64,000 nt of DNA. Source: Auanema rhodensis (taxonomy: Eukaryota; Animalia; Nematoda). Location: NCBI GenBank assembly GCA_964057225.1, contig OZ059897.1, positions 13,330,001 through 13,394,000 of the forward strand, given 5' to 3'. How positions within the stretch are numbered: the stretch's first letter is position 1; every line of letters starts with the position of its first letter. A program made the translations under genes and the position numbers. The notes beneath the pieces are model-generated. The model was not told the origin of the DNA. It saw nothing but the letters and a program-made list of their open reading frames with translations, and did not search any database. This document shows, piece after piece, positions 27,719 through 42,278 of the stretch.

Positions 27719-30700
27719 ATGAGTTTCAAATTCAGCTCTGAGTATGGACCGAAAACGAATCTATCATACTGTAAATCATATGAATATCCCTCTGTTCTTA
27801 AGAATGAATCAGAAATTAGGAGAAGTTTCAGGTTAGTAGTTCACATTATTCATAAAAATTTTAATCATTATCATTATATTTAAATATAATTTGTGTGAAC
27901 TTTGAAGCAACACATATAAATACAAATGACTCTCATAATCACAGAATATGTAGCTATTAGCTTTGTATCTTCATGACTTCGAACACTCAGCAGTCATTTC
28001 ATTTTTTTTTCAAATGTGATGATTGTGAGAAACATGGCTGCGAACGGGGGTGAACCAATTGGCCTCATGAATGTCAAGCTCGTTGTCAGATGTCTTCGTC
28101 GTTCTGCAGCTGATGAGAGATAAAGCAATGAGAAAAGAAGTTGGCCCGAGCAATAAGCTTGAGAATACATGAGAAAGAGTCTTGATAAACTTATGTATAT
28201 TGACTATTCTATGCTCCAGTATCTATAGCAGATCAGAACAGAACCTGCTGTGTATACAAGGAACCACTATTTCGTATTTAGCATCAGAAAAAGAGGTTAT
28301 TATTTTTCTACTGTATTATGATGAGTACGTTGAGTTTGTGTTATTTCGTGATGTGTTTTGTTTTTTTAGCTTCAAGAATGAAATAGAGAGTAGAAAATAG
28401 AGAGAAGGGACATAATGAAAAGAAACATATTAAAGAGGACAAAGATAAGATTGAAAATGAGAGTCTGAAAGAGTCCACCTTATTAGTATATGCAGTTTCA
28501 TTCAAACTCGTCTGCCATATGCGGTAGCATATTTTGGGAACTAATTATTCTAAACTAGTTGTATCTTTATCTTTAGGTCCGCGTTGTCTATTTTCTTTCT
28601 TTCTTCTTTTTGTCTTTCCTCAACATTACTATGTGTTTCTAAGAATTATATTTGATGGCTGACAAAGGTCACTTCTTGTATACGAAGACCACACATAGAC
28701 GATGAAAAGAAAGAATGAAAATAAACAATTAAAAGAATATAAATATGGTTTAATTATATATTTTTATATTTTAATAATATAGTTATTACCAGAACATCAT
28801 ATAAATGTAGAAATATACTTGAAAATTGTAAACTTATTCTTACTTTATTATTCCGTTTAAAATTTCATCTATTCTATATTGAAAAATTATCATATTAAGC
28901 TTCTATATAACATCAATTTAAATTTTTGATACGTGACATGTTTCACGTGAAATATTTCAAAACTTCATTTTTATTTTAAAATTGTAAGAGAGGAACGGTT
29001 GTGAATAAATATAATATTATTTTTATAATCAATCTATTATGTATATACATCTTTGCGTATATAAACCATTCCCAAAAAATTTATCTAATTAGTAAAAGAA
29101 ATTATTCATCTTATCTACATACAATGATATAATACATATTGTTTTATATTCCATTTTCTTCAGTTCTTTATACTGATTTTCAAATTTCTAATTTACAATT
29201 CGCTGATATTCTTGGTTCTTCATCCTGAACATAATGAATTGGAGAAAAAAAACATTTTTCATCAATACTTTGCTTGAAAAGGAAAACTTTTTTTCTTCAA
29301 TTTCTGCAAAGAACATCTGCATATTGCCGTAACTGTTCAGTTGATTATTCATTCAATTCTTATGTCTTTTTAAGTTGTGTATTCCAATTGTTTTAGTTTT
29401 CACCTATTTCTCATGTAACGGCTATTTGATTATGATCAGACTTCATTTGTATAAAAGTCTTTCGAATATGTTCTCTTCTATTCTAAACTTTGCTTCTGTC
29501 TTATATAAAATCATCTGAGCGTAAAATCACAATACAAAAAGTGGATATTTTATAATAAAAAGCTTAACCCATTTTTAGATTCAAATTATGGCTTTGTTGC
29601 TAGTCTCCCTCAATTTCTTTTTTTCATGAAAAAATATACATACTTGATCTTAAAAGTTGGTGTCATCGAGTTAGTTATTAGCCATTGCTTAAAACTTTCA
29701 GTTTCCCCTTACATATTTTGAGTTTTCTTCTTCTTTTTTTTTTCTTCAAAAAAAAATTGTTGTTTGATTCATATTAAAAAAATATTTTTTTATATTTAAG
29801 TATGTATATTATTGTAAATTCAATTCCCAGCTTTTTTAATCTTTCATTTCCCTAGCTTAAGCTAATTCCGGTAGTATATGGCATGCTTCTTTTTTGCATC
29901 TTTCCGGTTAAACAGCTCTTCCTGATATTCATGAAAAGTTTTTTACTCTTTTTACACGGAAATTTTCTCAAGTTTTTTTACCAAAAAAAAGCATTTATAT
30001 GCATATGTATGAATATTATCTTCAACTGGGATGGTAACAACGATTTCACCAATTTTTCTGAGTGGCTTGTTTATCTAGATGAGTGACACCATTAACTAGG
30101 AATGCGATACAAATATATGAAAAAGTATATGAACAACCAAAAGTGAATATGATGACCATTGATTAGTATAAGATATTATAATTAAAATATTACTCACATT
30201 CATGATTATTCTATTGTTGTTATCCTTTTCTATTGTGTGGAACACTGAATAGTATCGATGTATGACTTCATTGGTCAAAATTTCAATCTTTTACTATGTT
30301 TCATTTCAAGTTTCGGAAATTTGAAAAAATGAAGAATACAAAAAATTTTAATCGTATCTGAAACTATTTTTTATTTTCTTTGAATGAGCATTTTCTTACG
30401 AAAAAAAAAGAATAGCTGAGAGAGAAAGAGAGAATAGTAGATGCTTCTATCTTGGATTTTCAAAAGCTGGATCATCCTTTGAGCTTAAACTCTTCTTTAT
30501 TCAAAATAATGTAACCGGCAGTACTTGGTTCGGAATTCATCTGATGTTTTAACAATCTATACAAATTTATAATGTTCCAAGGTCAAAAGAATGTTCAACA
30601 GTTTGAAGTATACGAATTCAAAATTTGAATATAAATGATTAAAGCTCAACATATCCGACTAAATTTCAACTTATTTGAAGACAAATGAATGTCTTTCAAT

Positions 30701-33700
30701 TTCATTTTTTCATACTTTAATGAATTTTTGACAACTTCTCTTCAAATTCATACATATAATAACCGTATGCTAGACAAACGACAACCACGTATGTTCTATA
30801 AAGAATTGAATACGAGAACAGTAGCAAAATCTATAAAAGCTCAAAGCTAATAGGATCAGATGTTGTTCTCAATAAACTTTTTTTCTTTTTTTGAAATATC
30901 AAAATTCTCTCTGGATTACAATGATTAGGCATCTTACTTGCACTGTTCGCTTTCAAATTTTTTGTTTTCTGAGGCTTTTGGGCTAGAAACAAGCTACATC
31001 TGAGGATGATAAAGCAGATGAATCGTATGCCATACTTGTAATATTTTAAGAGAAAAAATAGATTCCGAATGCACGAAATATGGAATTCTACATAACAAAT
31101 CTTTGTCATATTGTCTATTTCATCTGATTCATTGATTTATAATTAAACGACGTCGCACGAGAATATTCATTGAATATAATTCTGCATATACATTGTAGCT
31201 TGCATCTGTAGTCATGCCTTCGTCGTCGCCGTCGTCAGAACGTCATCATTCTTTTTTCATTTTTTCTTAGTTTTACCCTATCTAGTAATTTTACATTGTC
31301 TTCATCTCTTCATTCTCTTTCGATCTCTCTTTGTCTTCGTCTAGTAGCCAAACTATCCAATTTCAAAGAACATCAGCTTTTTTCCGATGTCAAAGGAAGG
31401 ACATAGCAGGCATAATAATGACCTGAATATGTGCGGTCTCATCAGAAGCAAAATTCCTTTATATCTTCATCACAGTTATTCTATTACTCTTCAATCTTCG
31501 TTAACTCTCGTTGTGCCATGAAGAGAGATTTGAAGCTCATGCGAGCGATTATGCTTATTATATCTGAATGTCATGGAGAAAGTCAAAATCTTTTCCACAA
31601 ACAGCTTTGTTACTATATTTTTCATTCAAATGTTCTGATCTTATTTTTCCGAAGATATTTATTCTATGAATTAAGCACTTTATACGTCAGGTTGCCCTTC
31701 TGAAAAATAATTTTGAAAGCGTCTTCTCTCTACAGAAAGATATTTAGAAAGTTAGTACTTCACATTCAATTGTCTTTTTTACTAGCAGATGTTTGAAGGC
31801 TTCTCTAACCATCATATCACTCCTGCTAGCACTTACTATCTGATCTCGATTTCTGAGTATAATTGCCTGTTTCACTCCCAAAATGTCCTGTTGTCCATAG
31901 TATTTGGGAACCTCTTCTCTCTATAGAATCTCGAGGCTATTTCTGACAACTTTCTCACATCTTGTAATCGAAAACACAACTTTTATTTCATATATCTATA
32001 TATCTATCTCTATATATATAAATATATTCATTCAAGAGATCTGTACTATCAAACTGAATAGCTTATTCATTCTCTTCTCCCACCTTCCTTCTTCTTCATA
32101 AGAATTATACATCGTTACATAATATTCATACATTTTTTCGTCACTGTTATCGTAAAAAATTCATAAAAACTTTTTGTTCTTGTCTATTTCTCAGCTTCAA
32201 ATATCTACTTCCTCATATATTAAGGCTATTCTTGTGCTTATTCAGATTTCATCATTTGTTTAGATTTATGGTGTTGGCGTTAACGTTTTTCTGTAAAATA
32301 TTCAAAATTCTTCAAACATGAAGTTCTCTAAATTATTTTACATATTGTACTTTTGTTTTAATAATCTATGTCATGACAACACAACTGGACAACAAATAAG
32401 CTGTTATAATTTAAATAAATAAAACATATCCGGTTTTTTGGTTTCAATATTAAATTGTTGTCCTAGTTTCAATGTTCGAAGACCAGGTATGGCTCGACCT
32501 CCGTCCTTATTTGATCATTAAAAATAACTCAAAATCGGACTACAGTCAGTCTATTCTTGAATCTTTTCGTTGTTTCTGCTTTATACACGTTTTTCATTCT
32601 TTTTTTTTGTGTATCATAAGTTTTGAAGCTTGCATATCTTCGTAATCGCTCTAGAAACTTATCTTTTTACTTCCACTTTTTGGTTTAATTAATATTGTAA
32701 TATTATAAATCCGATCAATCATTGAACTATTAAAATAAAAAAAAATATCCAGACGTACATATGTACATCGAGTATCATGTATATGATATACTTGGGAAGA
32801 ATCTTTACATTTCGTATGTTGAAGTTTAATATTTCTATTCAATTTAAATTTCATTTTCTATGCCTTTTTCAACATAACATTCTCACGCTTCATAGTTTGG
32901 CTTTGTTTAAGTTGATGAAGACATGTGTGTATGTGTAAGATACATACACATACACTTACGTATTCCTTCCAAGAAATTTGGTGAGGAAATGAGTTAAAAT
33001 GAGAAAAGAAATATGAAGAATGAAAAGAAAATGCTGGGATCCGAAATAGAGTTTAAGATAGAGTGTAAGCTTAGAAGAAGGACAAGTAGAGGGTGAGATA
33101 CTAATGGGAGAGGTATGGAATATACAACCACTCATTACGTCACGAAACTGTGAAACTAAATTCACGTGAGATTTTCTGTATTCGAATTTCACGTAATTTT
33201 CTTTAAAATACAAATAAATTGTCAGAAAAAAACTAATTTACATTTACATTTATAATACTTACAAATGACACGAAGTGTGAAAAAGGGCAAAAAAAATTAA
33301 AGAAAGAAGCAGTTCGAAGTGAGAAAATAGTTGAAAGCTATATATGAATTAAGTTCTAACCAAGGTCGAAAAAGTATTTATGAACTTTTTTGTTTAAACT
33401 AGTAATGATATGAACTTTATTTTTTATAATTTTTCACATTTATTAACATAATTCGTTTCCCTGGTTATATTAGTTTGAATATCCACATAGATTTCAAGAA
33501 ATTTTTATCTGTTTTTGAATATAAAAAGAATTATATGAAAATAAAAGAAGTAACATATACATGTACATATGTATATAACTATATTTATAATAAAACATAA
33601 CGCTGACAACGAAAAAAACGAGATAATGATGAGATAGAGATAGAACCGACGACACCAAGCAGAATGAACATCTGTGGATATGAAGATGAATCTATATATG

Positions 33701-33717
33701 TGCATGTATATCATATA

Positions 33718-33795
<78 letters not shown>

Positions 33796-36700
33796 AAATG
33801 ATTGTATATGTCTACATTCAACATGCTTACACACATATATATGACAACAGATTGCTGAAGCGGTTATCCCAATGAAAATTAGTTTAATACGCTTCATATT
33901 GCTTCGTCGGTTTTTGTTCCATCAGCTACATATTCGTCCCTGTCCTCTCCAAGCTTTATTCAGCTTCATCATTTTTACTTGGGTTCTTCATCTTTGTCTT
34001 CTTTGTTTGACTGGACCAAGCATCCAATGTCCATCTCATTTTGTTGTTGCATCCGTTACCGTCCATAGTTGTCGTCCTGAAACATGCTATTACTTCATCA
34101 TTTTCTATCTTCATTCCTTTTACTTTCTCATCATCTCCAGATACCGATGCCTTTACTGCTTTCATCTTCATCATGTTGTCTACATATTAGGTCTGAGAGG
34201 CATGTATGTACACATATACACATGTGTATTCCGGGCTTAGCACGTCTTTCCTTTCAAGCTTAGTCAAATTCAGACATCTCTAACACTCTATAGCTTGTCA
34301 TTTTTGATCTGCAAGTATATTTATATCATTTTCGGTATGTAGATGTATGCATTTATTGTTTCTTCACATATTTCTAGCAAGAAGCGTCAGTATATACATA
34401 AATTTTCAACTGCAGCAGTCTCTCTTTAATCCTTTTTGTATTATTAAATTGTTAACTCTTGTTAATTTGTTTTTTTATTAAAAAATACTTTGTAGTTACC
34501 GTTTTATACCGTACTTCGTTTACAAAATGATGGCACTAGATCAAATCAGGTGAATTTAATATTGTTATAACCTTTAACATCTTGACAATGTTTCTATTTT
34601 TACAACATAAATCAGCTGTTTCTGTAGTTACATCATCAAAAGAAATTATTACTACTTATTCAAGTTTTTTATTCATTGACATAACTTGAAAAATCAGCTT
34701 AAAAGTTTAAAAATTCATCATTAATTCAAAGCTGAGTGAATTGAAACATTATTTCTAATCTCCGCCTTCTAATACTTTACTGGCAAAAATTTATTTTTAT
34801 TTGTTTATTCACATATTTTTTGCCTTCTTATGTTCTTTTTTCACACAAAATAAATATACATTTTTTGAATACAGACAAGAAAAAAGCTGGAAAATTATTG
34901 CTAATCTTTAACTTTACGATTTTTTTGATTTTTTCTTCATTTTACAATTTAATACATAAATTGAATGTATAACTTATATGCAATTATAATATTGCTAGTT
35001 TTAAACAAATTCCAGTATCTTTATCAAAAATTATGTATTTTTAAACCAAAATCCAATCTATATGAATTATTCGAAATAAGCTTAAACCTTTTTTGTAGAT
35101 CTTTTTTCAATCATAATGGTTTTAAAAGCAGATTCAATATTCATAGATTTCCGCACTTCATATCTCAACAGAATTACATTAAAGTTGTCATAAACAGAAA
35201 TAATTCTGTCAAGAACAAAATGTTTGAAATACATGTTTTATCGTTTAAAATCTGATGTCATGTCTTCAATATGGAAAACCACAACAGAGCGATGCGTGGT
35301 GGTCGATGAAAATTGAAAAGCTATAAAGAATTAGTTCAAGGGAAAATTATGTAATTCAAACAATATTGAATTCATAAATTTTTTTTTGATGTTCATTTAG
35401 TATAAAGCCGATTTAGAGAATTAACTTTCCTTTAAAAACAACTAAAATCTTTGTGAAAGATTAACAATTCGTCTGGAAATGTTTGATGCACAATCATATT
35501 GAGTATATGATTGTGATACTTATATAGTTATAATTATATAAGAAATATGAAAGAAAAGTTGATAATTTATTTCTCATACAAGTAACTAAAGAATGTGGTG
35601 GGAATGTTTTATTAATTTAAGGTTTATTACAACATATTCTTATACATGTATATCATATAAATTCATAAAAAATTATTTTTCTTTGTAATAATTAAGTTTT
35701 TAAATTTATTAAAATGTTTATTTGAAACTAAACAAAGCCTAAGATATAATTGTTTGAAAGAAATTCAAATGCATATATCATAATCGTTTGGAAAAAAATA
35801 CTTTATTATGCATGAATATGATATTAATCATTGTATTTGATATTCTCAGCATGATGTATCGGACGATCCCATTAAATATTTTGTTGTCAAAAGACTTTCG
35901 GAACAAATTTTCCATTCATAATTGTTAAAATCAAAACACCTTTAAACATTTTGACATTAAAAGATGATAAAAAAAACAAGCAAATGATATTTTGCTTCCT
36001 GTTCGTTGAAGAAAATAAAAGATTTTGATGATATTTTCAATAAATTCTTCTATTTTCAGTACTTTGGCTGCATCAACCACAGTAGAACGTCAAAGACGAC
36101 GAGATATTCAACGAAAAAGACCATCCACTTTGCACTTACCCAAAAGAATGACGCCAATTCCAACTGTAAGTATATTTTTACAAAATATCAGAAAACATAA
36201 TCCGCTAAGAAATGTTTGAATGTCTTCCGATTGAACAAATATATTCATTTTAGGTAGCGATTCACAAAGCTAGTGTATCAGCATCATTGTGTCCTGAAAT
36301 AGAACATCGACGACGAGCTGAAAGCTCCGATGTTCGAAATCCCGCCAATGATCAAGCAACTGTGAGTTTTAATTTTGACAAAAAAATAACAGAACATTCA
36401 TGCCACTCACACATCACGTCGTCCATTACTTGTCTTAACGAATAAAAAGTAAATACATAGTTCTGTGAAGATATATATATAGAAATTGCTTTTATGAGTA
36501 TTACGACGGTTTTCGAATTTTCTAGTTGTCTTGGCTCTTGAGCAGCTTGTGAAGCTTGTTTGTTCGTGTGCAAGATTTAAGAGAAAACTGCAAATTTTCG
36601 GTAGTGTGAAGAATATGCTGAAGCATATCATGTGATTTGTTGCTCTCATTTGTTTTTAGTTCTTAACCAACAATTTAACACGTCAATTTTGTGTACTCAG

Positions 36701-39700
36701 TTGCCAACAAAATCTGAAATTGAAGGGCCTGCTGACCGGAAATGGGATATTTGAGAGAGGGCAACATGCCAAACGGAAAATCTTTATAGGGGTACTTCGA
36801 CAGATGGATTTAAGAAAATTTGTCTGAATACATAAAATCTCAATGATAGGATAAGAAGAGTGAGAGAATGTCAGTAGGAAAGGGACATAGTGGGATGAGA
36901 GAAAATGAGAAAAGTGGGAAGGGCGATTCATTCTGATCCTTCGCTTTCGAAGTGGATGGAAAAGAAGGAGGAGTGATGATGGCTTATAACATCTATGTTG
37001 TCTCAATCGCGTCTTTTTCTCTTTCTATCTCAGTTTATGTGTGGTTGTATGTGTGTTGTCATCTCCATTTAAGAGGGTCCGGGAATGGGCGACGGAATCA
37101 TTTGAAAGAGGCGACAGAAGAAGACCGCAAGGAATAGCCACCAGACAGGGCATTTCTTCATTCTGTCGTCATGCTGTGGCATGAATGTCTTCCCTTTTTG
37201 CCATTTGTGCGATCCGTCAACGTGTTCATCAGTAATTTTTGGTTACAGCTCAAGGTATCGTTACTCAATGGCAATCTGTTCGAGCATAGCAGAAGCACAT
37301 CACCTCGTCCACGTACAAGTACAGGGTATGTTTCTCAGTAATAATATGTAACAGTTTCTTAATTTATGTCCCCAGTGATTTTAAATGACGAATTTTGATA
37401 AAGAAATGAGTTATAAACATATATTTAATAGTTTAAGTGATATTCTTCCTAATAACATAGAAGAAAAAATTAAAAAGTTGTTTATGCATAAACTGCATAT
37501 AACATATTTCTTTTTTTGTAGAAAATACGTTGAAATCTATCATTCACTAAGCTATTTATTTTATCATTTACTATGAATTGTTTAAAAATTTAAAACATAA
37601 TCGATTACATATGTATTTAAAAAATCATATAACATACATACATGTAGATATGATGTATGTATATATGTATGTATAACCTATCTATAAACATATGAATTTG
37701 AACAAAATACATACATATATGATGATATCTTCATATATACCATCATTACCATTAATAGATAGATATCTTATTTAATATAAACAAATATTTTTCAAATTAT
37801 TCAGTTAAGTTCATTTTTCTTTTTATTTCTTTAGAGAAATAAATGTTTTTGATTGAATTGAATATGAATACATATAGATGAATAGTTAAAAACATTATAT
37901 GTTATATTAGAAAATATAGTTATTGTTGTAGAGACATCTTTACTTTTTTTTTTTTTTTTGTCAAAAACTTTTTTGATGGTGAACAAAACTGAGGAACGAA
38001 AAATACTAATTATCTGTATAAATTCATATTTATGTAGTCTTGGTAACACTTCTTTTCTGTAATTTAATGATTTTTTTGGAACAAATATACTTTATATATT
38101 AATATATTTGTGTTTGAATATAGAATCCAAATATCAAAATATACAGCTAAATGATTTTTTATAAGTTGAATTAATAAAAAAAAACTTTTCTCCCATTGTT
38201 GATAACATGTCAAACTTCATTATTACTGAATGTTTTTATACATTTTCCCATTATAATGCAAAACAGTAGGCGGTTATTGGACATGAAAAGTAAAAAAAAA
38301 TTAAACTTCATATTTAATTCAAATATAACTTCAATATTCAGCCTATTTCTTTTGATCGAAATCTCATTAAATGTTTTCTAAGTAATTAATTTTGATTAAG
38401 AATGAATATTCACTTCAATCCCTTTTTTTCATTTCTTTCCTCGAATTTCCTATTTTTTAAAAGTTTCACTTGGGAGAACGTTTTCTTCAAATTTTTCTCT
38501 TAAAATTGTAATAGTTAATAAAGAGCCGGGAAAAGGTTTCTCAGCTTTTTCCTGGAATAAGGTGGAAATCAAGGAAATATCCGGTCACTAAAATGTCTTT
38601 TTGCTCTCTCTTTTTCACCTTTCATAACATTAATTTATAGATCATAATAATATGTTATCGTTAGTTATTATATTTTTTATTAATATTTTACCTTTTTTTC
38701 ATTTAAATATATTAAATTTATTTTTCCTTGATAGATTAATACTATTCATATACATAGTATTACCCATATTCACAATTTTATCTTAAATGTTTTTCAAACA
38801 GAAAAAATCGCAAAAGGAAAACAAAGAAATGAGAAAAAGAAGCATTTTCTTCTAATTTAACTGGTAATTCATGATAGCATATTGTCATTGATCGGCTGTT
38901 TTTCATCTTTTCTATTTTTTTTCTTTTTATCTCTATTTCCTTTTACATCGTTATCATTTTCTCAGTTAATATTATTAAATATTATAATAAGATCTTCTTG
39001 ATCATTTCACTTATCATTAGATATTTATCAAAAAAACTAATAATTTTTCTTATTCCCTCAAGAATTTTTTTGTTCGATTATCCATTTCTCAGATAATCGG
39101 TTTGTCAATGTCATGCTCAAACATCATTTAGTTGGTTAAATTCTCATTATAAAGAAGTTAGATGTATAATTGACTCATTATCTTCTCTATGCTCATTCAA
39201 TTAAAACAATATTCATCATCAGGAGCATCTTTTTCTCAACTTACATCTTATGAATTTATATAAGTTAGATAATACATATGATATATTTTATCTTTTTATT
39301 ATTTTTTTTAAAAATTAGTTAGTGTTATATAATATTAAAATAGTTTTAAAATTCTTTTTATCATTTTCAGACGACGTGACTCAATGATGTCAATGTTAAA
39401 TCGTATTTGGAAAAGCGATGAATGCACTAGAAAACCACAAATGGTCAAAATGGATGCATTAGATGTTCCAGGGTTAATATTTACTTTTCAAACTTTTTTC
39501 TTTGTTTGTTAAATGTTTCTAATTTATTTTTTTAAGAGAATGCCTTTATCGTCAAATTTCCTTATCTGAAACTAATGTTACTCCTCGTGAGACTACGGTT
39601 ATACCATCAGCATTGGCATCACGTAGATCAGCATTTGTTTCCTTAACACCAAAACAGATAAAATTGCTCAAAGTATGAAATATCATAATAAGCACTTGAG

Positions 39701-40722
39701 TTCATTCACAGTAATTCTCTTATTCCAGGCTAGTTTCGCTCAACTTAACTCTGGTGGCACATTTCTAAAAATCATGGAACAGGTCTTTCGTCGTTTAGAA
39801 ATGAAATCATCTGATATAAGGTGGTGATTCAAAAAATTCATTTATTGATAATCTTGGTTTCAGATCTATATTCTTAACAACAGCTTTTGTGAATTCATTA
39901 TCAAGAGAGCGATCATCACCCCCTCTAGTAAAAACTGAGCATGATCATTGCAAGTGTCTTGTCGATCTTTTTGAAAAGTAAGCCAGAATCTTGATTTTAA
40001 ACAGAGAAAAATAAATAAAAAACAGAACAAAATGTGAATTTAAGAAGAGAGGTAAACAAACAAATTACTTACATTTTTATCTTTTAGAATAGTGAATTGT
40101 GTGGATAATATGGATAGTCAATTGCCTATGCTTCGTCTTTACGGTGAAAAGCATGCACAGGTAAGAAAAATAGAAGAAAATAAATATTATTATATTAATT
40201 ATATTAAATATTCTATGAATTCACTTAAATTAATTGTTAAAAATTAAATTGATCAAATAAACAGAACGTTTACTAAAACTTAACTAGTTAGTATATAATA
40301 ATATTTTCTAATACACATTTTGTACATGAAAGTGTAACTATGTTAGATAGAGGTAGATACGTAAATTTTTCAAGTTTTAAACTTATAAAATCTTTAAAAC
40401 TTAAGTACAGATAACAAAAAATATTTATAAACTGTTGACAATATATAACTAGATAATTGGACTTTTCTAGATGCGAGAAAGTGGATTCACGGGTGCCATG
40501 ATTGAAAACTTTGGAGAAATAGCTGTTTCTGTTATTGGATCACAAGTACATAGTTCATAAACATATGGATGAAAAATATTTTATTTTCAGGAATCAGTTA
40601 AATATAATCAAGATACAATGAAAGCTTGGAGACTTTTATTAGCTTATATAACAGATGAAATGAAAGTTGGATTTGATAGATATTCCAAAATAAGTGAAAG
40701 ACGAAGCAGTACCCAACATTAG
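27719..40722 (+). CDS. glb-24: Nematode globin with long N-terminal extension (glb-24-like), ~375-393 aa
   Basis: Exons 27719-27831 (uncertain first exon), optional 34496-34549, 36060-36165, 36254-36361, 37249-37325, 39371-39472, 39537-39672, 39729-39820, 39864-39977, 40088-40160, 40471-40545, 40591-40722 are phase-compatible. Globin features: LTPKQIKLLKASF (A helix), IRSIF (CD1 Phe), EHDHCKC (distal E7 His), YGEKHAQ (proximal F8 His), KAWRLLLAYITDEMKVGF (H helix). AATAAA at 40786. The globin call is firm; the glb-24 label is from recalled similarity and is tentative. Confidence 0.82.
33719..33790. repeat. (TA)n microsatellite in globin intron
   Basis: ~36 TA units. Confidence 0.97.
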
Positions 40723-42278
40723 CATTCATTCATCAATGTATTTCTTCATTTCGAGCTGTTGAAGTTATTACATTAAGAAAAATTTAATAAATTTATAAAA
40801 AGAATTGATTGTTCATATTGAAAATAATCAGTGATTATGCATATTCTATGTTATTTTTTCTTTATTTTTTTAAATAATTTGATTGTTATAAAAGTTTATG
40901 TACATAATATGTACATATATGTATATCTCTATGTGTTTATGAATTTAATTAAAATAATTAAAGAAAAATATCGGAAAGAATGAATATTTTAATATTCAAA
41001 TTTATAAAAAATTTTAATTTAATTATATATATATATATATATCTATATATAATTATATTTATATATTATAAATACAATATATACAAACATACATGTAACA
41101 AATTAAAAAAGTTAGCAAACAATCTTGCCCACAGTTGACACACAAAGATAATTTATCGAACTATCATAATAAAATTGAGGAAAAACCTGTTTATAATACC
41201 AAAATGTAGCAGATACATATAATATATATTTATAAAAAAAAATCATGTTTTATAATCGATATTATTCCAGAAAGAATAAATGATGGCATCCAAATACGAT
41301 TAGAAACTATGTATGTGATATGATCAGATGGTTCTGATGTTATTCATTCATTTCTTTATTAAAAATAACAATTTAATTTTTTAAATTTTGATTATTAATA
41401 TTATAAATATATAAATATATAAATATTTGTTATTAACAATATTTTTTTTGAAACTATTGTTTATATTGTTTTAAACTTTTCTATAAATAATATCTTTATA
41501 AATAGACATAAAAACAAATACAAAAAAAATAAGAAGAGATCAATTTTTATGTAAATATGAGTAACATATCAAGAAATGTGCTGGATATAACATGTGAAGT
41601 TTTATAAAAAAATACTTTATTTAATCTTTTTCTACTCTTTATTTTCATTTATAAACATTGATTTTAACATAAATATACCTGTTTTTATCTGATTTTCTAA
41701 ACTCTTTAAAGTGACTTCATACTCTTAGACCATCTAGTATTTTGAAACTTGATTGAATTTACTCATTTTTTATGTAAAATATAACATTTCAATTTAATAT
41801 TAAAGATTTTGTTGATAATAATGATCTCATTTGCATAGATTATACTCTTAAATACTTGGAAAATCGGTTTTATTTATAAGAAATTTTATAACAAATAAAA
41901 TAATATTATTATTATAACTTTTAAATTATTTTTAGATATTTACAATATATATATTTTCATGAAATATCTACAGCACTATTTAGATAGAGCACAGATCGTC
42001 TAAGTCCTCCTATTTTGCTGGAATCTAGTTAAGCAAGCAGTACTTCAATTATTGTTTTTTTTTGAATTGTTACTATAAGAATATTAAAATATTAAATAAT
42101 TCTAGACAATTTCTTTTCATAAAAAAATAGCTTTTCAGTTATAATAATTTATTTTGATTATATTAAAGTTATATATTTCAATATTCTAAACTATAATTAT
42201 AATGTTTCTTTATTGACATGTATTTTCATCTTCAAACTTTCAATTCTTGATTCAATTTTCAAAATTATTAAATTCAGA

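Noticed and set aside
33872-34240. Overlapping 122-aa (+) and 72-aa (-) ORFs in a globin intron
   Set aside because: Low-complexity pyrimidine-rich sequence with no protein-like features.
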